64,000 nucleotides of DNA. Origin: Eledone cirrhosa (lineage: Eukaryota). Location of the stretch: positions 263,810,001 to 263,874,000 of the forward strand of contig OZ024742.1 of NCBI GenBank assembly GCA_964016885.1, read 5' to 3'. The first letter of the stretch is position 1, and each line of letters starts with the position of its first letter. The translations under genes and the position numbers were made by a program. This document shows positions 11,482-24,150 of this stretch, one piece after another. The notes beneath the pieces are model-generated. The model was not told the origin of the DNA. It saw nothing but the letters and a program-made list of their open reading frames with translations, and searched no databases.

Positions 11482-13608
11482 TTCTCCTGGTTTTATAATT
11501 TCACAAATTTTTTCCCAATAGAGAGAGAGTCAGTTTCTAACATTAGACACACGACTCTCTCATTGGAATTTACACAACATCAAATAGGTAGATTATGTAT
11601 GCATGCATGTGTAGATATGGATCTGTATGTTTTGAGTTGTATCTGTGCATGTGTATATGCTTTGTATCTGTACATGTGTATATGCAGTTATTAGATGCAA
11701 CATTTTTGGAATGTTTTACATATTTTTACTGTTCCATTAATGGATTGTACTTGTAATTTCCTAACTAGTTGTGTTCCTTCCGTTCCTGTGAAGCCTAGCT
11801 TCTCAAGATTTATATTAAGGCAGTTACTAACATACCCCAGTCCCCCAATAATCACAGGCATAAATCTGAAGGTGTAATCAGGGTGGAGTATCTGCAGATT
11901 TCTCATCAGTTCTGCATAAATATTCTCCTTTTCGCTAATCTTTGATAATATATTGGCATCTGCTGGGCAGCTAATTTCCACTACTGTGCATGCTTTCTTC
12001 TACCTGTCCCATATCATAATATCTGGTCTGCTATGGCTGCATTTTATTGGGGTTTTTACTGGAACATTCCACCTGTGCTCTTTCATATTATGTACATGGA
12101 TGTCTTCCACATTGCTGTAGCTTTTAATGTGTTTATTATCGGGGCTTTCCTTTTTACGAATTGCATTGTACAGTCTTTTGGCCACTACATCATGCCTCAT
12201 AGGTAGATAGTACCGCGATGACATCTTTGGACAGCTGCTGATGACATGGGCGATATCCTCGATGTTAGTTCTGCAGAGTCTGCACTTGTTATCACATCTA
12301 GGTATTTTGCCTACATCCCTATCTCTTTTGTGAATCAGGTATTTCTTGTTAATCTTCTGTTCTTGGATTGCAAAAGCGTATCCTTCAAAGTGGGAGCCAA
12401 TATAGCGGTTGTTGGTCCAAGATAGACTACTTTCCTTATCTATATTGCTCTCACTCTGGAGCTTCCTGGCAACATATCCATGCATGATTTTTTGCTGATA
12501 GGCATGCAGTTTTTCATCCATGGATTCACTGCGATACTGCTTAACGACATCCCTGGGTGTGAGTTTTTGATTATCACACAGGGAATATCTCTCAAGGAAT
12601 TCCTTCCCAACTCTCATGATCTTATCTGTTTCATACAGATAGACTTGCTCGAGAGACGGGCTCCTACGCTTCGAGGTTCGTAGATGTTGTCGGAGAGATA
12701 TGATGCGACATACAAATGCTGTCTGGACTGATGTTAGGCCTCTGCCTCCCTGCTTACGTTTTAAGTAAAGGCGGTCTATATCAATGTTGATGTGGAAGTT
12801 TCCGGTGTTGTTTAGTATTTTTTGAGTTCCAACATCAACTGCTCGTATTTCATCTATCGTCCAATTGAGTATTCCAAACGTTGGTGTTAGGACAGGCACA
12901 GCAAACACATTGTGAGCCACTGTTTTGTTTTGCGCAGAGAGTTCCGATGACCAAATCTTTCTTAATTGGGTGTAATATTCCCTGGTAACGCGTTCTTTAT
13001 TACAGATACCATTATAGGATATGTTCTCATCTATCCCCAGGTATCTGTAGCAGTCCTCATCAGATATCGATGAAACAGTTAGACCATTGATGACAATGTT
13101 GCTAGATTGTGTTGTTTTGTGTTGTTTTCCCCGCTTTACAGTCATGTATGAGCATTTATCTTGGCCAAACTCCATTCCTATATCCTTTGAGACCGTTGTA
13201 ACCAGGTCAAGATTTTTCTTCATCCCATCCATGTTATTGGCATAGAGTTTCAGATCGTCCACAAAGAAATTTTGGGTTAGGTTCGTATTTCTGTCCTCCC
13301 GTGAGCCAATGATGTATCCCTCACATTTCTTGAGCAGAAAGGACAAGGAGTTTAATGACAAGATGAACAATATCACAGAGAGACTGTCCCCCTGAAATAT
13401 ACACTGCGATATTATATTTTATTAGTGAAAATAGAGTCCTCCCTCTCTGTCTTTAACCTTAGGATAGTAGCCCAAGAAGAAGACAGCTTCTCTATGGCTC
13501 TGACAATAATGTTTGGGACATTATTGGCAAGTTGGAGGGCCTCTATCATCCAAGAGTGGGGAACAGAATCGAAAGCTTTCTTGTAGTCCAGCCAGACTAT
13601 AGCCATAT
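11482..13608 (-). mobile_element. R4/Dong-clade RLE non-LTR retrotransposon, 5'-truncated
   Basis: WLDYKKAFDSVPHSW, FQGDSLS, FFVDDLKLY, RLYLKRKQGGRGL, CRLC..H...C..RHD zinc knuckle, RPDI..D / EISCP RLE motif; 3' UTR ends in (CATA)n; closely related to 54730-58843. Confidence 0.9.
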
Positions 13609-13609
13609 T

Positions 13610-16600
13610 GAGGCTCCAGTTCGAGAATTCTAGGGTTCTGGGGGTATGCCGTTACCTCTTAGGAACCAATTACTCCCAGATCTGCTCCGGTCCGGGAGGT
13701 AGTATCTGCCAGAGTCCCACCTATGGGTTAAATAGTCTTAGTGACAAAGCTCGTCGTTCCAAGATCCTGAATCTACCGACATGTTTGGTAGCATCCAGCA
13801 TCCACGCCCCAGCACGAGTAATTGCCCACGTGTCCAGGAGGAAGGTTCTTGAGCCAGAGGCTAGGGGGACACTCTGATGTAAAAGCTACGCCGTCCCAGT
13901 TTGCTAGGCCAAGACTGATTGACCCCGGGTGTAAAGGTGTGGTCAGTTCAGCGTATATTGCACTTAAACTAACAACTCCACTGTGCAGGCTCAGAAGGTC
14001 ATGGTCGTGACCACCAACCACTTCAAGCCCTGTAGCGAAGGGAAAGGGGTGAGAACGGCAGTTAAAAGATGATACTGGAAGCCGTCGTCGTCCCGATCCT
14101 GCATTCAGGCGGTTCAGGGATTTGGTCGTCTGATGTTGACCCGAGAACGACATCATTCAGCATACAATGAATTACCAAGCAGTCTTCTCAAGGGACAGCA
14201 GTTCTTGCTCCACGTGGAGAGGGGTCTAGAAAAGGTGGCCTAAACCCACCAGTTGGTAAACCGCGGTCAACGTCCATCTTCTTATGTGAGTAAATGATAT
14301 CAAGGAAGAAAAGGTACACACCCACCTTCAAGGGTGTGAATGGATTGACATTCGCATGATGGAACATCGAAACCATGCTAGACACAGTAAACAACAGTTG
14401 TCCAGTACGTCAATCTGTTCTAATTGCACAAAAGTTGTCAAGACTGAATATTGACATCATTGCTATTAGTGAAGTCTGCTTTCCAGAGGAAGGCAGCCTA
14501 CAAGAGCATGGCACCAGATACACCCGCTACTGGTCAGGCAAAACTAGGAGTGTGCTTCATTTCCAGGAACTCTCTCTTCCAAACTTGAAAACCGACCAAC
14601 AGGTCATTCTGACCACATCATCTCGATGTACATTCCACTGAGTAATCAACAATGTACCGCAGTCTTCAGTGTGTGCTCCCCTACTCTTCAAGTATATCCT
14701 GCGTAAAAGAACAAGTTTTAGTCTAATCCCCACAGTCACTTACTGTGCACCCCTGTGGACAACACGGTCATAATCCTTGGCGATTTCAACATCAGAGTGG
14801 GTAGAGATTCTGTAACTTAGGAGGGAGTGATTGGGAGACATGACGATGGTAACTTATATGACAAGAGATGCTCGCTGTTAGAGCTTTGCGCAGAACATCA
14901 ACTCGTCATCACGAACACCTCTTCCAGCAGAAAGAGAGTTTGAAAACAATCTGGATGCACACTCGTTTCAAACACTGGCACCTCATTAATTATATCCAAG
15001 AGCGCCGGAGTGACCTGAACGACGTCTTGTATACTAGAGTGATGCCCAGTGCGGAATGCCAGACCGACCTTCGTCTCGTACGCTGCAAACTCAAGCTCCA
15101 CTTTAAACTCAAATCAACAAACGGAGCCCCCTACCTCCCAAGAAAATGTTCAAGGTTAGCAGTTTCCAGTCAGCTGAAGTGAAAGCTGACTTCCAGGCAA
15201 CCCTTCAGTAGAGGCTTGAAGATGCGAGCATTCCCACAGATCCTTCTCGAGAAACACTTTGGGAACATCTGAAAAATACCATTCTGCAGACATTTGGGGA
15301 AGTCGTTCGGTTCACCTCAAAGAAGAACAAAGACTGGTTTGATGAAAACAACAAGGAAATTCAGGAATTGCTGGTGAAGAAGACATCTACCTACCCGAGT
15401 CACTTAGTTCAACCATCTTAATTATTGGGGGATTACTATGCTCACTGTCACGGGGAAAATGCTTGCAAGGATGTTGCTAATCCGGCTGGTACCTAGCATT
15501 GCAGAAGAACATCTCCCAGGGAACCAATGTAGCTTCAGAGTCAACAGGAGCACCACAGACATGGGGTTTATGTTTAGGTAGCTCCAAGAGAAGTGCCAAG
15601 AGCAAAATATAGGGCTGTATATGGCGTTCGTTGACTTGACTAAAGCATTCGATACAGTGGGTAGAAAAGGAATGCGGCAGATCATGGAACGATTCGACTG
15701 TCCCCCAAAAGTTCCTGAACATTGTCATCTAGCTACAGGAAGACCAGCGTGGCCAAGTCAGACTCATCAATGACCTCTCAGAATCCTTCGCGATCATCAA
15801 CAGAGTGAAGGAGGGTGGCATCCTGGCACCGACTCTCTTCACCATTTTCTTCAGTATGGCCACATAAGATCTTGATGATGAGGACTGAGTTTACATCAGA
15901 TACCATCTTCATGGCAGTCTTTTTAATCTTCGTCGACTACAGGTCCACAGGAAGACCCTGGAGCAACTGATCTCAGATCTCCTCTTTGCCCGGATGATGT
16001 TGCTCTTGTTGCTCACACAGAAAAAGCATTGCAGCGTATCACTTTCAGCTAAAATATGACGGAGGTACGCCACCAGCTTACTCACCTCATAGGCGCGACT
16101 GAACTGAAACCAGTCCATCAGTTCACCTACATGGGGTGCACCATCACATCAAATGCCAAGATCGACAGGGAAATCAGCAAGAGACTGGCAAAGGTGAGCA
16201 GTGCATTTGGCAGGCTGTACAAACACTTGTGGAGCAATAAACACCCGAAGAGTGTACAGTCCTTACCACCCTCCTATATGACTTAGAGTCACCACCTTCA
16301 ACTCCTCGAGCGCTTCTACAAATGTTGCCCCACACCATCCTCAAATCCACGGCAGAGAGTTTGTCACCAATGTTGAAGTCCTTGAAAGGGCGGTGGTGAC
16401 CAGCGTCAAGATCATGCTGCTGAAGTCTCAACTACGCTGGGCAGGGCACGCCTACAGGATGAAGGGTCATCGCCTGCCCAGGATCACACTGTACGGCGAG
16501 CTCTCCATTGGCCATAGTGACAGAGAGACACCAAGGAAGCTATACAAGGAATGTTTGAAAAAATACCTTGGTGTCTGTCACTTTGACCATCGCTGGTGGT

Positions 16601-16865
16601 CCACCCCAGCTGAGAACCGTGACGCCTTGCGTCTCAACATCAAACATGCCGTCTCCTTATTCGAAAACATCCCCAGAGCTTCTCTCAAAGTTAAAAGGCA
16701 CCGGTGGAAGAACCACAACACCGAGTAATCAAACCCTGACCAGACCTTCAGCTGCAGCCGCTGCAGTCGGGCCTGCCTGTCCCGCATTGGTCTAAACAGC
16801 TACAAGCTTGACTGCAACCAGCATGCACCACCACCTTCATAATCGTCGTTCGTGAAGTAAAGCCA
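13610..16865 (+). mobile_element. Near full-length, decayed RTE (BovB-like) LINE
   Basis: APE (WNIETMLD, IIAISEV, ILGDFN, HWHLINY, DLRLVR), RT (RGITMLTVTGKMLAR, FVDLTKAFDTV, LAPTLF), QLRWAGH, terminal C2H2-like CSRCSRACLSRIGL; many stops and frameshifts. Confidence 0.88.
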
Positions 16866-17083
16866 ACACCCTCTCCACACTATTTCTAAAATATTTGCAG
16901 CTGTCAAGCCCGTCAAATATAACGCAAGGATCAGACGAACATTATGACTACACACACACACACACACAAACACAAACATATATATATATATAAAATTATG
17001 TGTGTATATATTTATACATACATACATAAATACATACATAAATACATACATAAATACACACACACACACACACACACAGATAC

Positions 17084-17186
<103 letters not shown>

Positions 17187-17250
17187 CATATATAAATGTG
17201 TGTGTGCGTGTGTGTGTATAATATATATATATATGTATATATATATATAT

Positions 17251-18034
17251 GTATAAATGAAAGCTATAGAAATTGTTTTAGCGAGAAGCTAATAGTATTC
17301 TATAACATATATGCGACTATGTCGTCAAGATGGGAAAAGTAGTTAACGTAAGATTTAGGAAAAATAATTCAAACTCATCTCAAAAGAGAATCAGGATACA
17401 AATTCATCCACAGAATTTAGTGAAATCCAGGGAAAAATCAATAGAACCTTAACTCATGATAAAATAAAGTTTAAAATACTTATCCTTCAATTTGGAAAAA
17501 CATCAAATGCTCGGTTTAGTCTTAAAGACTATTTCATGAAAACTTTCAGTGGAGATGGTCAAGGTTGGATTTCAATCGTCAGCAGAGCTCAACAGATAAC
17601 CAGGGCTACCACAGAATTATAAGCCAAAAAAGGAATTCTAAAACTTGCTAGTTTACCGTCATGCGTGATTATGAAAAACGCACATGAGGAAAAACGGGGG
17701 TAGTGACGTCAGGATGAAAGTGAATATTTATTTACAAGAAATAACAAATACATTCTGAAAAAGACTCTACAAAAGAAGTTCAGCAAGAAGCAATATTATC
17801 GCAGTTTTTATAAAAAAAAACCGGGATTACTCACAGATAATTTAAGCACTCTTGGAAAAGAATCCGAGTATAAGTATAAATGAAAGGTATAGAAATTGTT
17901 TTAGCGAGAAGCTAATAGTATTCTATAACATATATGCGACTATGTCGCCAAGATGGGAAAAGTAGTTAACGTAAGATTTAGGAAAAATAATTCAAACTCA
18001 TCTCAAAAGAGAATCAGGATACAAATTCATCCAC
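17251..18034 (+). repeat. ~160-bp direct repeats (17251-17412 and 17874-18034) bracketing ~460 bp
   Basis: GTATAAATGAAAG.TATAGAAATTG...AAATTCATCCACA occurs twice with about 2 mismatches. Confidence 0.85.
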
Positions 18035-18049
18035 ATATATTCATCCATA

Positions 18050-20515
18050 TGGGAGGCGAAGTCCTGCGAGGAGCCGATTTCGGCCGCTGAGATAGAGGAC
18101 GTGCTGAGCCAATGCGGCAAACGCAAATCCCCGGGTCTCGATGGTCTTCCTTACGAATTATATCTAGCTATGCCGGACTTGTTCCCCGATCTCCTCGAGG
18201 CGGTCTACTGCAACTGGCAACAGAACGGGAGAATTCCCTGTACTGTGACCAAGGGCGTAGTCACGCTAGTGAGGAAGGACGAGAACAAGGGGGACGATAA
18301 TTTCAGGCCCATAACTCTGCTAAATACAGAGTTACAGATTTTGGCCAAGGTGCTAGCAAAGAGGTTGGCGCTTGTCGTGGGCAACCTGGTGGCAGATGCG
18401 CAGACATGCGCTATCCCGTCCAGGTCCATCCATGACAACCACCACCTCATGCGATACATCATAGAGAGGGTTGGGAACGAACCCGGCTTTGGTGGGGCTC
18501 TGATCAACTTGGATCAATCTAAGGCGTTCGATAGGGTCGACCATGGTTACCTGGATGCGGTGCTAGCGGCGGCAGGCTTCGGACCCGTTTTCAGGGGCTG
18601 GATCACTGCTATGCACAGCAGCCGCATCTGCTCTAGGGTCAAGGTGAACGGCTACCTCTCGGAGCCGTTCAAAATCGCGCGGTCCATCCGACAAGGGTGC
18701 CCTCTCTCCTCCCTTCTGTATGTGTTGACTCTCGAGCCACTACTGCGGAAGTTGGAGTTGTTGCAGGGCATCCCTTTGGAACCGGGATTGCGGAAAGCGG
18801 TGTCGGCCTATGCCGATGACGTGACAGTAATGGTGTCGACGGCCTCCGAAATCGAGGCGGTCGGCACCTTACTGGAGGAGTACGAAAAGTTCACAGGGGC
18901 TAAGCTGAACCGGGACAAGTCGATCGGTTTGCAACTCGGCACGTGGAGGGGCAGACCGATGCCCTCCGATGGCGTCGTCGGACGCTGGACGGAGGGCCCG
19001 GTGAAGTTGCTCGGGGTCTGGTTCGGACCGGACCTCCAGGTGGAGAAAAACTGGGCGGAGGTTACGAACAGGGTGTTTGCACTGACCCAGAAGTGGGCCA
19101 GATGCAAACTATCCCTGAAAGGTCGGGCGGAGGTGGCGAACACCTACATAGCGTCCGTCATCTACTACCGCCTGACCGTAGTGCCCTGCCCAAGGGAAAC
19201 CCTCACCAAGATGGAGCGCGCGCTCTTCCAATTCCTTTGGAAGAGGCGGGCTCCTATGGTGAGGAGATCCATCTGTTGTCAACACCCTTCGAAAGGAGGG
19301 CTGGGGATGCCATGGCTAATGATGCGTAAACACGCATTAAGGCTACGGCACCTCTACGTATTCCTCACCGGACAACCGGTGTGGGCCTCGTTTGTGAGAC
19401 GAACCTTTCCCAGACTCGTCTCACTCACCGAGCTGCAATCCTGGGTCAAGCAAAGACCGAGAAAACTGGGCGCCTGGCACACTGAGTGTGCCCAGGCGCT
19501 CACCGCCCTCTGGCAGGCGGATCCGGTTATCAGTGGAGACTCCACCGCAACATTCTATAGAGGGCTGGTACGCAGCAGGTGCGACGACGCCCTCGGAGAA
19601 GCCCTAGACATGGAGGAGGACGAACTGGCCAGCCTGTTCGGTAGGACATTCAGCCCGGGACCTATGGACAACTTCCAGAAGTCCCTGGCCTGGCAGTGCT
19701 ACCGAGGAGCTTTACCCGTTCGAGAAAGGCTCTACAGACACGGGCGCCCGGGTAGGGACCCCGCCAAAAAGATCTGTCCCAGATGCGTGTGCGACGAGGA
19801 AACCGTTGCACACGCATTGGTACACTGCTCGGGCGTAGCCGATCTGTTGGGCTATGTCGAACAACTGCTGTCAAGGGTGGGACCGATCCGGTTGACCACC
19901 GAGTCTATTGTAATGATCAAGCTGCCTCCCCCCTTCAAAGATGAAGCAGAGGCGGTGTTTCTGTGCGTAATAGCCATGGCAAAAGAGGTTGTATGGTGGA
20001 CGCGTCTGAAGGGACTAAGGTCAGGCACCTTTCTCTCTGGTCAACAACTGGTCCGTTTCTTCCGATATCATTTCGGAAGAAGGATCAGGATGGAGAGAGA
20101 GGTGCTGCACCCCAGTCGTTTTTATGAAAGGTGGGTGAAAGTGGCGAGAATGGCCCGTGTGAATGGGCCTTCTCTTTACATGAGCCTGTAGGTGGAGAAG
20201 AGGAAGGAACGAGGGAGCACCCCCTCTCTGTGCTCCTGAGGAAAAGGGTTGCACACTTTTTTCGGGGGGGGGGGGGGTGCGACCCCCCAAGGCGCCTCCT
20301 CTCTATTGAGGATTTTGTTATAAATTTTATTTTTTGTTATATTTTATAGCAAGATCCTCTATTGAGGATTTTGTTATAATTCTATTTTTTGTTATATTTT
20401 ATTATATTTTTATATATTGTTATTGCCTCCTCCCTATTGAGGACGCCTTGTTTTGTAAACTCCCCCCCATTGTACTTGTCCCACTTTTGATGCCCTTGTG
20501 GCAAATAAAAGAAAC
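18050..20515 (+). mobile_element. Tx1/L1-clade LINE, 5'-truncated
   Basis: GC-rich 696-aa uninterrupted frame, pyrimidine/T-rich 3' UTR, AATAAA near 20504, then (TA)n. Confidence 0.9.
18101..20191 (+). CDS. Tx1/L1-type ORF2 remnant: reverse transcriptase + C-terminal Cys/His zinc knuckle (N-terminal APE missing; no true start codon)
   Basis: KSPGLDGLP, NFRPITLLN, LDQSKAFDRVDH, IRQGCPLS, AYADDV, LSLKGR, GGLGMP, CPRC..EETVAHALVHC. Confidence 0.88.
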   Translation: MLSQCGKRKSPGLDGLPYELYLAMPDLFPDLLEAVYCNWQQNGRIPCTVTKGVVTLVRKDENKGDDNFRPITLLNTELQILAKVLAKRLALVVGNLVADAQTCAIPSRSIHDNHHLMRYIIERVGNEPGFGGALINLDQSKAFDRVDHGYLDAVLAAAGFGPVFRGWITAMHSSRICSRVKVNGYLSEPFKIARSIRQGCPLSSLLYVLTLEPLLRKLELLQGIPLEPGLRKAVSAYADDVTVMVSTASEIEAVGTLLEEYEKFTGAKLNRDKSIGLQLGTWRGRPMPSDGVVGRWTEGPVKLLGVWFGPDLQVEKNWAEVTNRVFALTQKWARCKLSLKGRAEVANTYIASVIYYRLTVVPCPRETLTKMERALFQFLWKRRAPMVRRSICCQHPSKGGLGMPWLMMRKHALRLRHLYVFLTGQPVWASFVRRTFPRLVSLTELQSWVKQRPRKLGAWHTECAQALTALWQADPVISGDSTATFYRGLVRSRCDDALGEALDMEEDELASLFGRTFSPGPMDNFQKSLAWQCYRGALPVRERLYRHGRPGRDPAKKICPRCVCDEETVAHALVHCSGVADLLGYVEQLLSRVGPIRLTTESIVMIKLPPPFKDEAEAVFLCVIAMAKEVVWWTRLKGLRSGTFLSGQQLVRFFRYHFGRRIRMEREVLHPSRFYERWVKVARMARVNGPSLYMSL

Positions 20516-20855
20516 ATATATATATGTATATATATAAATATGTATATATATACGATGAGTAGCATCTCCAACAGCAGCTTGTGGTAGAGAATGTAAATCA
20601 GCAGGAGGGCTAAAACGACATGCAAAAGTACACGAACTCCAACCACAGCCGGCTATTCCCACTGAATGTTTTGGTTGCCGACTCTGTGCAAGACATTTTA
20701 GAACATTGGCTGGGCTAGAAAAACCACATTCGATCGCAGCGCTGTTAGTTGCTATCGTGTGTGTGTATAGATATGTTTATGTGTGTGCGTGTGTGTGTAT
20801 ATATATATGTATATGTATATTATTATTGTTGTTGTTGTCGTTATTATTATTGTTG

Positions 20856-20890
<35 letters not shown>

Positions 20891-20948
20891 GTTATTAATG
20901 TATATGTGTGTATGTATATATATGTGTGTGTATGTATGTATGTATGTA

Positions 20949-20979
<31 letters not shown>

Positions 20980-21003
20980 TTCTTTTTTTTTATTCTATTT
21001 TAT

Positions 21004-21034
<31 letters not shown>

Positions 21035-21329
21035 TTTCTCCTCGAGCAATGGTCATACTCGATAACGAGGGGGCAGCCATCATATATATATACACTACCA
21101 GAGATACCAGGCAATGTCCGGATATTTTATGATACTTGACCAATGGAATATGATTACTGTATTTTTACTAAAGTAGGAATTATAGCAGAATATAATGCTT
21201 CACACCTAGGTAAATCATTAGGTATGTTTTCAGTGAAAATGGCATAACCCAAAAATACATTTCGATTTTTTTTCTTTTTTGAACAATCAGAGCCTCTGAA
21301 ATACATACATAGATATTTAATGAGCAGCA

Positions 21330-21642
21330 CGGACGTGGCGTTTTCGTCCTGCTAGGGACTTGCCTATGGCCAGCAATGCCATGCATCACAAAAAATGTCA
21401 CATATCAAGCGATGCCTTTTTAAGTGAGGAAAGGCATTGCCCGTGGCCAATCCCACTCTCTCAACATCGAATGAATTTGCCCCAGAAGAACTGGTCTCCC
21501 TCATTGGATGCAAACAAAGTCGCAGATTTTACATCAGAGTGACCTTCTCCTAGAGAGATGTCTTAATGAAGACTAGGATTCTCTCGCACCACAAAAAATA
21601 AACTTTATTAGATGGTCGTTGAATCTCCTGAGTTCTTCTGCC
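21330..21642 (-). mobile_element. Non-autonomous RTE-derived element, subfamily B
   Basis: Colinear with 8060-8385. Confidence 0.7.
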
Positions 21643-21659
21643 ATACATACATACATGAT

Positions 21660-22230
21660 GATGGCTGCCCCCTGGTTATCAAGTATGGCCATTGCACGAT
21701 ATAGCATTATTAATAATTATTAATTAATTCTATCGTGCGGTGGATTGGCAGTATCGGTAGAGGGTCGGACGCCATGCTTTCCAGCATAGTTACGTCCCTT
21801 TACGATCTGAGTTCAAATCCCGCCGAGGTTGACTTTGCCTTTCATCCTTACGGGGTCGATAAAATAAAGTACCAGTAATGCACTGGGTTATTGCTGGCCT
21901 TGTGCCTAAAGTAGAAACAATTAATTAATTCTATCGTGCAATGCCTGTGCGTGAAGATTTTTTTTAAGTGAGGAAAGACTGTGCACTGAGCCAACCCCAC
22001 TCTCTGAGCGACAGTAGCTATAACCCGAAAAGAAGAAAAGATCAACATCATCGGTAACTACTGAGCTGCAGGTTTTATGTCAGAGTTATCCCAGTTTCCT
22101 GAGTTGCCTTCTCCGAGAGAATGCCCTGACAAAGGCTAGAGGTCCTTCAGTCCCAGTGGTGTAACCGCGCGATCGTGTACGTGTATCCAGCCCGATTATT
22201 TCTACTTCCCCGCGCGTATACATACACATG

Positions 22231-22293
<63 letters not shown>

Positions 22294-22508
22294 GCATACA
22301 TATATATATACATATTTACACATTTTTGGATGGCCGTTGACTCATGAATTCTTCCGCCCTTTGTCAGGTTTTGTTTTTTGTTCTGCAGGGGGTCCAAAAT
22401 CTCCCTCCTCACCAAATAAAGTTGGTGGGATTACCAGTTTAGTCGCCGACGATGCGACAGGTTGTACTGGGTTACATGTTACCAGTAAAACTCAAGAGTG
22501 ACCCGACA
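21660..22508 (-). mobile_element. Non-autonomous bipartite RTE-derived element, subfamily A, interrupted by a SINE
   Basis: Colinear with 6071-6635 apart from the 21739-21919 insertion and an internal (TA)n expansion. Confidence 0.8.
21739..21919 (+). mobile_element. Full-length OR-like tRNA-derived SINE with a 20-bp target-site duplication
   Basis: A-box GGCAGTATCGG, B-box GAGTTCAAATCC; ATTAATTAATTCTATCGTGC at 21719-21738 and 21920-21939. Confidence 0.88.
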
Positions 22509-22549
22509 TACATATATACATACGTACATACATACATGCATACATACAT

Positions 22550-24075
22550 GATAGCAACACACTCTGCTAAGAGTATTGCAATCGTTTGTCAGATTCAGAT
22601 GTATGACGCTCGGATATGGCTTTTCAAGCCTACTAGAGACTTGAACTCCTTCGCACACTGACGACAACTATGGATCTCCTTGGCCTGAGGTCTTGCATCA
22701 ATACCGTGGAGATCATAGTTCACTAGTTCTCTTTGAACATGACTGCGACTGTGGCTCCTGAGACCAGATTTGCTCAGGCAAATCTTTCCACACTCAGGAC
22801 ACTTAAATTCAATGGAGGCGCCGGTATTTCGAGAGATACACCAGGGCATTGCTTACGCACATCCAGTTTGATCTTCTCGTCCTCAAAATTATGAACACCA
22901 TCCTTCGCCATTCCACGCCAAGTTTCTCTTTCAAGAGCTTCTATCTCCCAGTCAGCCATGATCAAACCAGTTTTTTTCAATGAGTCCTTTACACAATCCT
23001 TGAATCGGAGCCTTGGCTTATGAGGTGGTCTTTTACTCTCACAAAGCTCGCCCTACAAGAGTTATTTTGGGATTCGATCATCGTTCATTCTGCAGAGGTG
23101 TCCGGTCTATCGCAAACGCCGTTGGGGGATGATACTCTCAATGATCCGACACTCACTTCTCTCAAGGACCTCAACATCACTCACATGCATCTGCCACTTG
23201 ATACCGAGCATCTTTCTGAGACACTACTGGTGAAACCTTTCCAGTCTATGGATATGCCGTTTGTAGGCAACTCATGTCTCACACGCATACAGGAAAGCTG
23301 ACAGTACACGTGCAGCATACACTCTCACCTTGGTCCTCATTGTGATTCCTCGTCTGCACCAAAGACGGTTGCTGAGCCTTCCAAATGACTCACTTGCCTT
23401 ACTTAACACGTAGACCAACTTCTGCATCCAGAGAGCAGGTGACACTCAGAGTACTCCCCAAATACACAAATGAGTCAGCAGCCATCAGTTTTTGACCGTA
23501 TACGTAATGGAGGGTTCATTGAAAACTTTATCCGGACCAGGTTGGTACATGACGATAGTCTTCTTCAGACTGATTGTCAGTCCCAAAGCACTGCACGCAT
23601 TGGAAAAAGAATTCATAAGGTGTTGTATGTCACTCTTGGAGTGTGTAAAGAGATCACAATCATCTGCATATAGAAATTCTCGGATCAAGGTACTCAGTAC
23701 CTTAGTGTTGGGAGTGAGACGCCTAAGGTTAAACAGCTTGCCGGAAGTGCAATATCTGAGATAGATACCGTGTTGACAATCCCTGAAGGCTATGAAGAAC
23801 ACCATTGCGAAATACAAGGAAAACAGAGTCGGTGCAGGTATATCACTTTGCTTGACACCATTTTCAACCGAGATTGTCTCAGACAGTTTACCTCCAATAT
23901 TTACCCATGCCTGCATGTCATCGTAGAAGAGTTTCAGTATGTTCACAAACTTTTCAGGACAGCCCAATCTCTCCAAAATAACCCACAACGCCTTCCGATT
24001 AACGGTGTCAAATGTCTTGGTCAGATGGACAAAAACTTGGTTTAAGTCCATGCGCTGCTCAATGCATTTTTCTTG
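22550..24075 (-). mobile_element. RTE LINE 3' part (RT + two C2H2 fingers), decayed
   Basis: FVHLTKTFDTVNR, GVKQSDIPAPTLF, FLYADDCDL, GLTISLKKT, CPECGKICLSKSGLRSHSRSH, CRQCAKEFKSLVGLKSHIR; (TACA)n flanks. Confidence 0.88.
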
Positions 24076-24111
24076 AATACATACACACATACATACATGC
24101 ATACATAAACG

Positions 24112-24149
<38 letters not shown>

Positions 24150-24150
<1 letters not shown>

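Noticed and set aside
13600-13620. Head-to-head junction of the R4 copy and the RTE as another twin-priming inversion
   Set aside because: The two sides are different clades (RLE versus APE), so these are independent insertions or a deletion junction
20550-20625. Minus-strand CTC-CTGCTGA...GTT-GGAG hammerhead-like trace
   Set aside because: Core mutated, with no GAAA or stem II/III support
21739-21830. tRNA gene calls at SINE heads
   Set aside because: A/B boxes are present but there is no full cloverleaf, and each is followed by the SINE body
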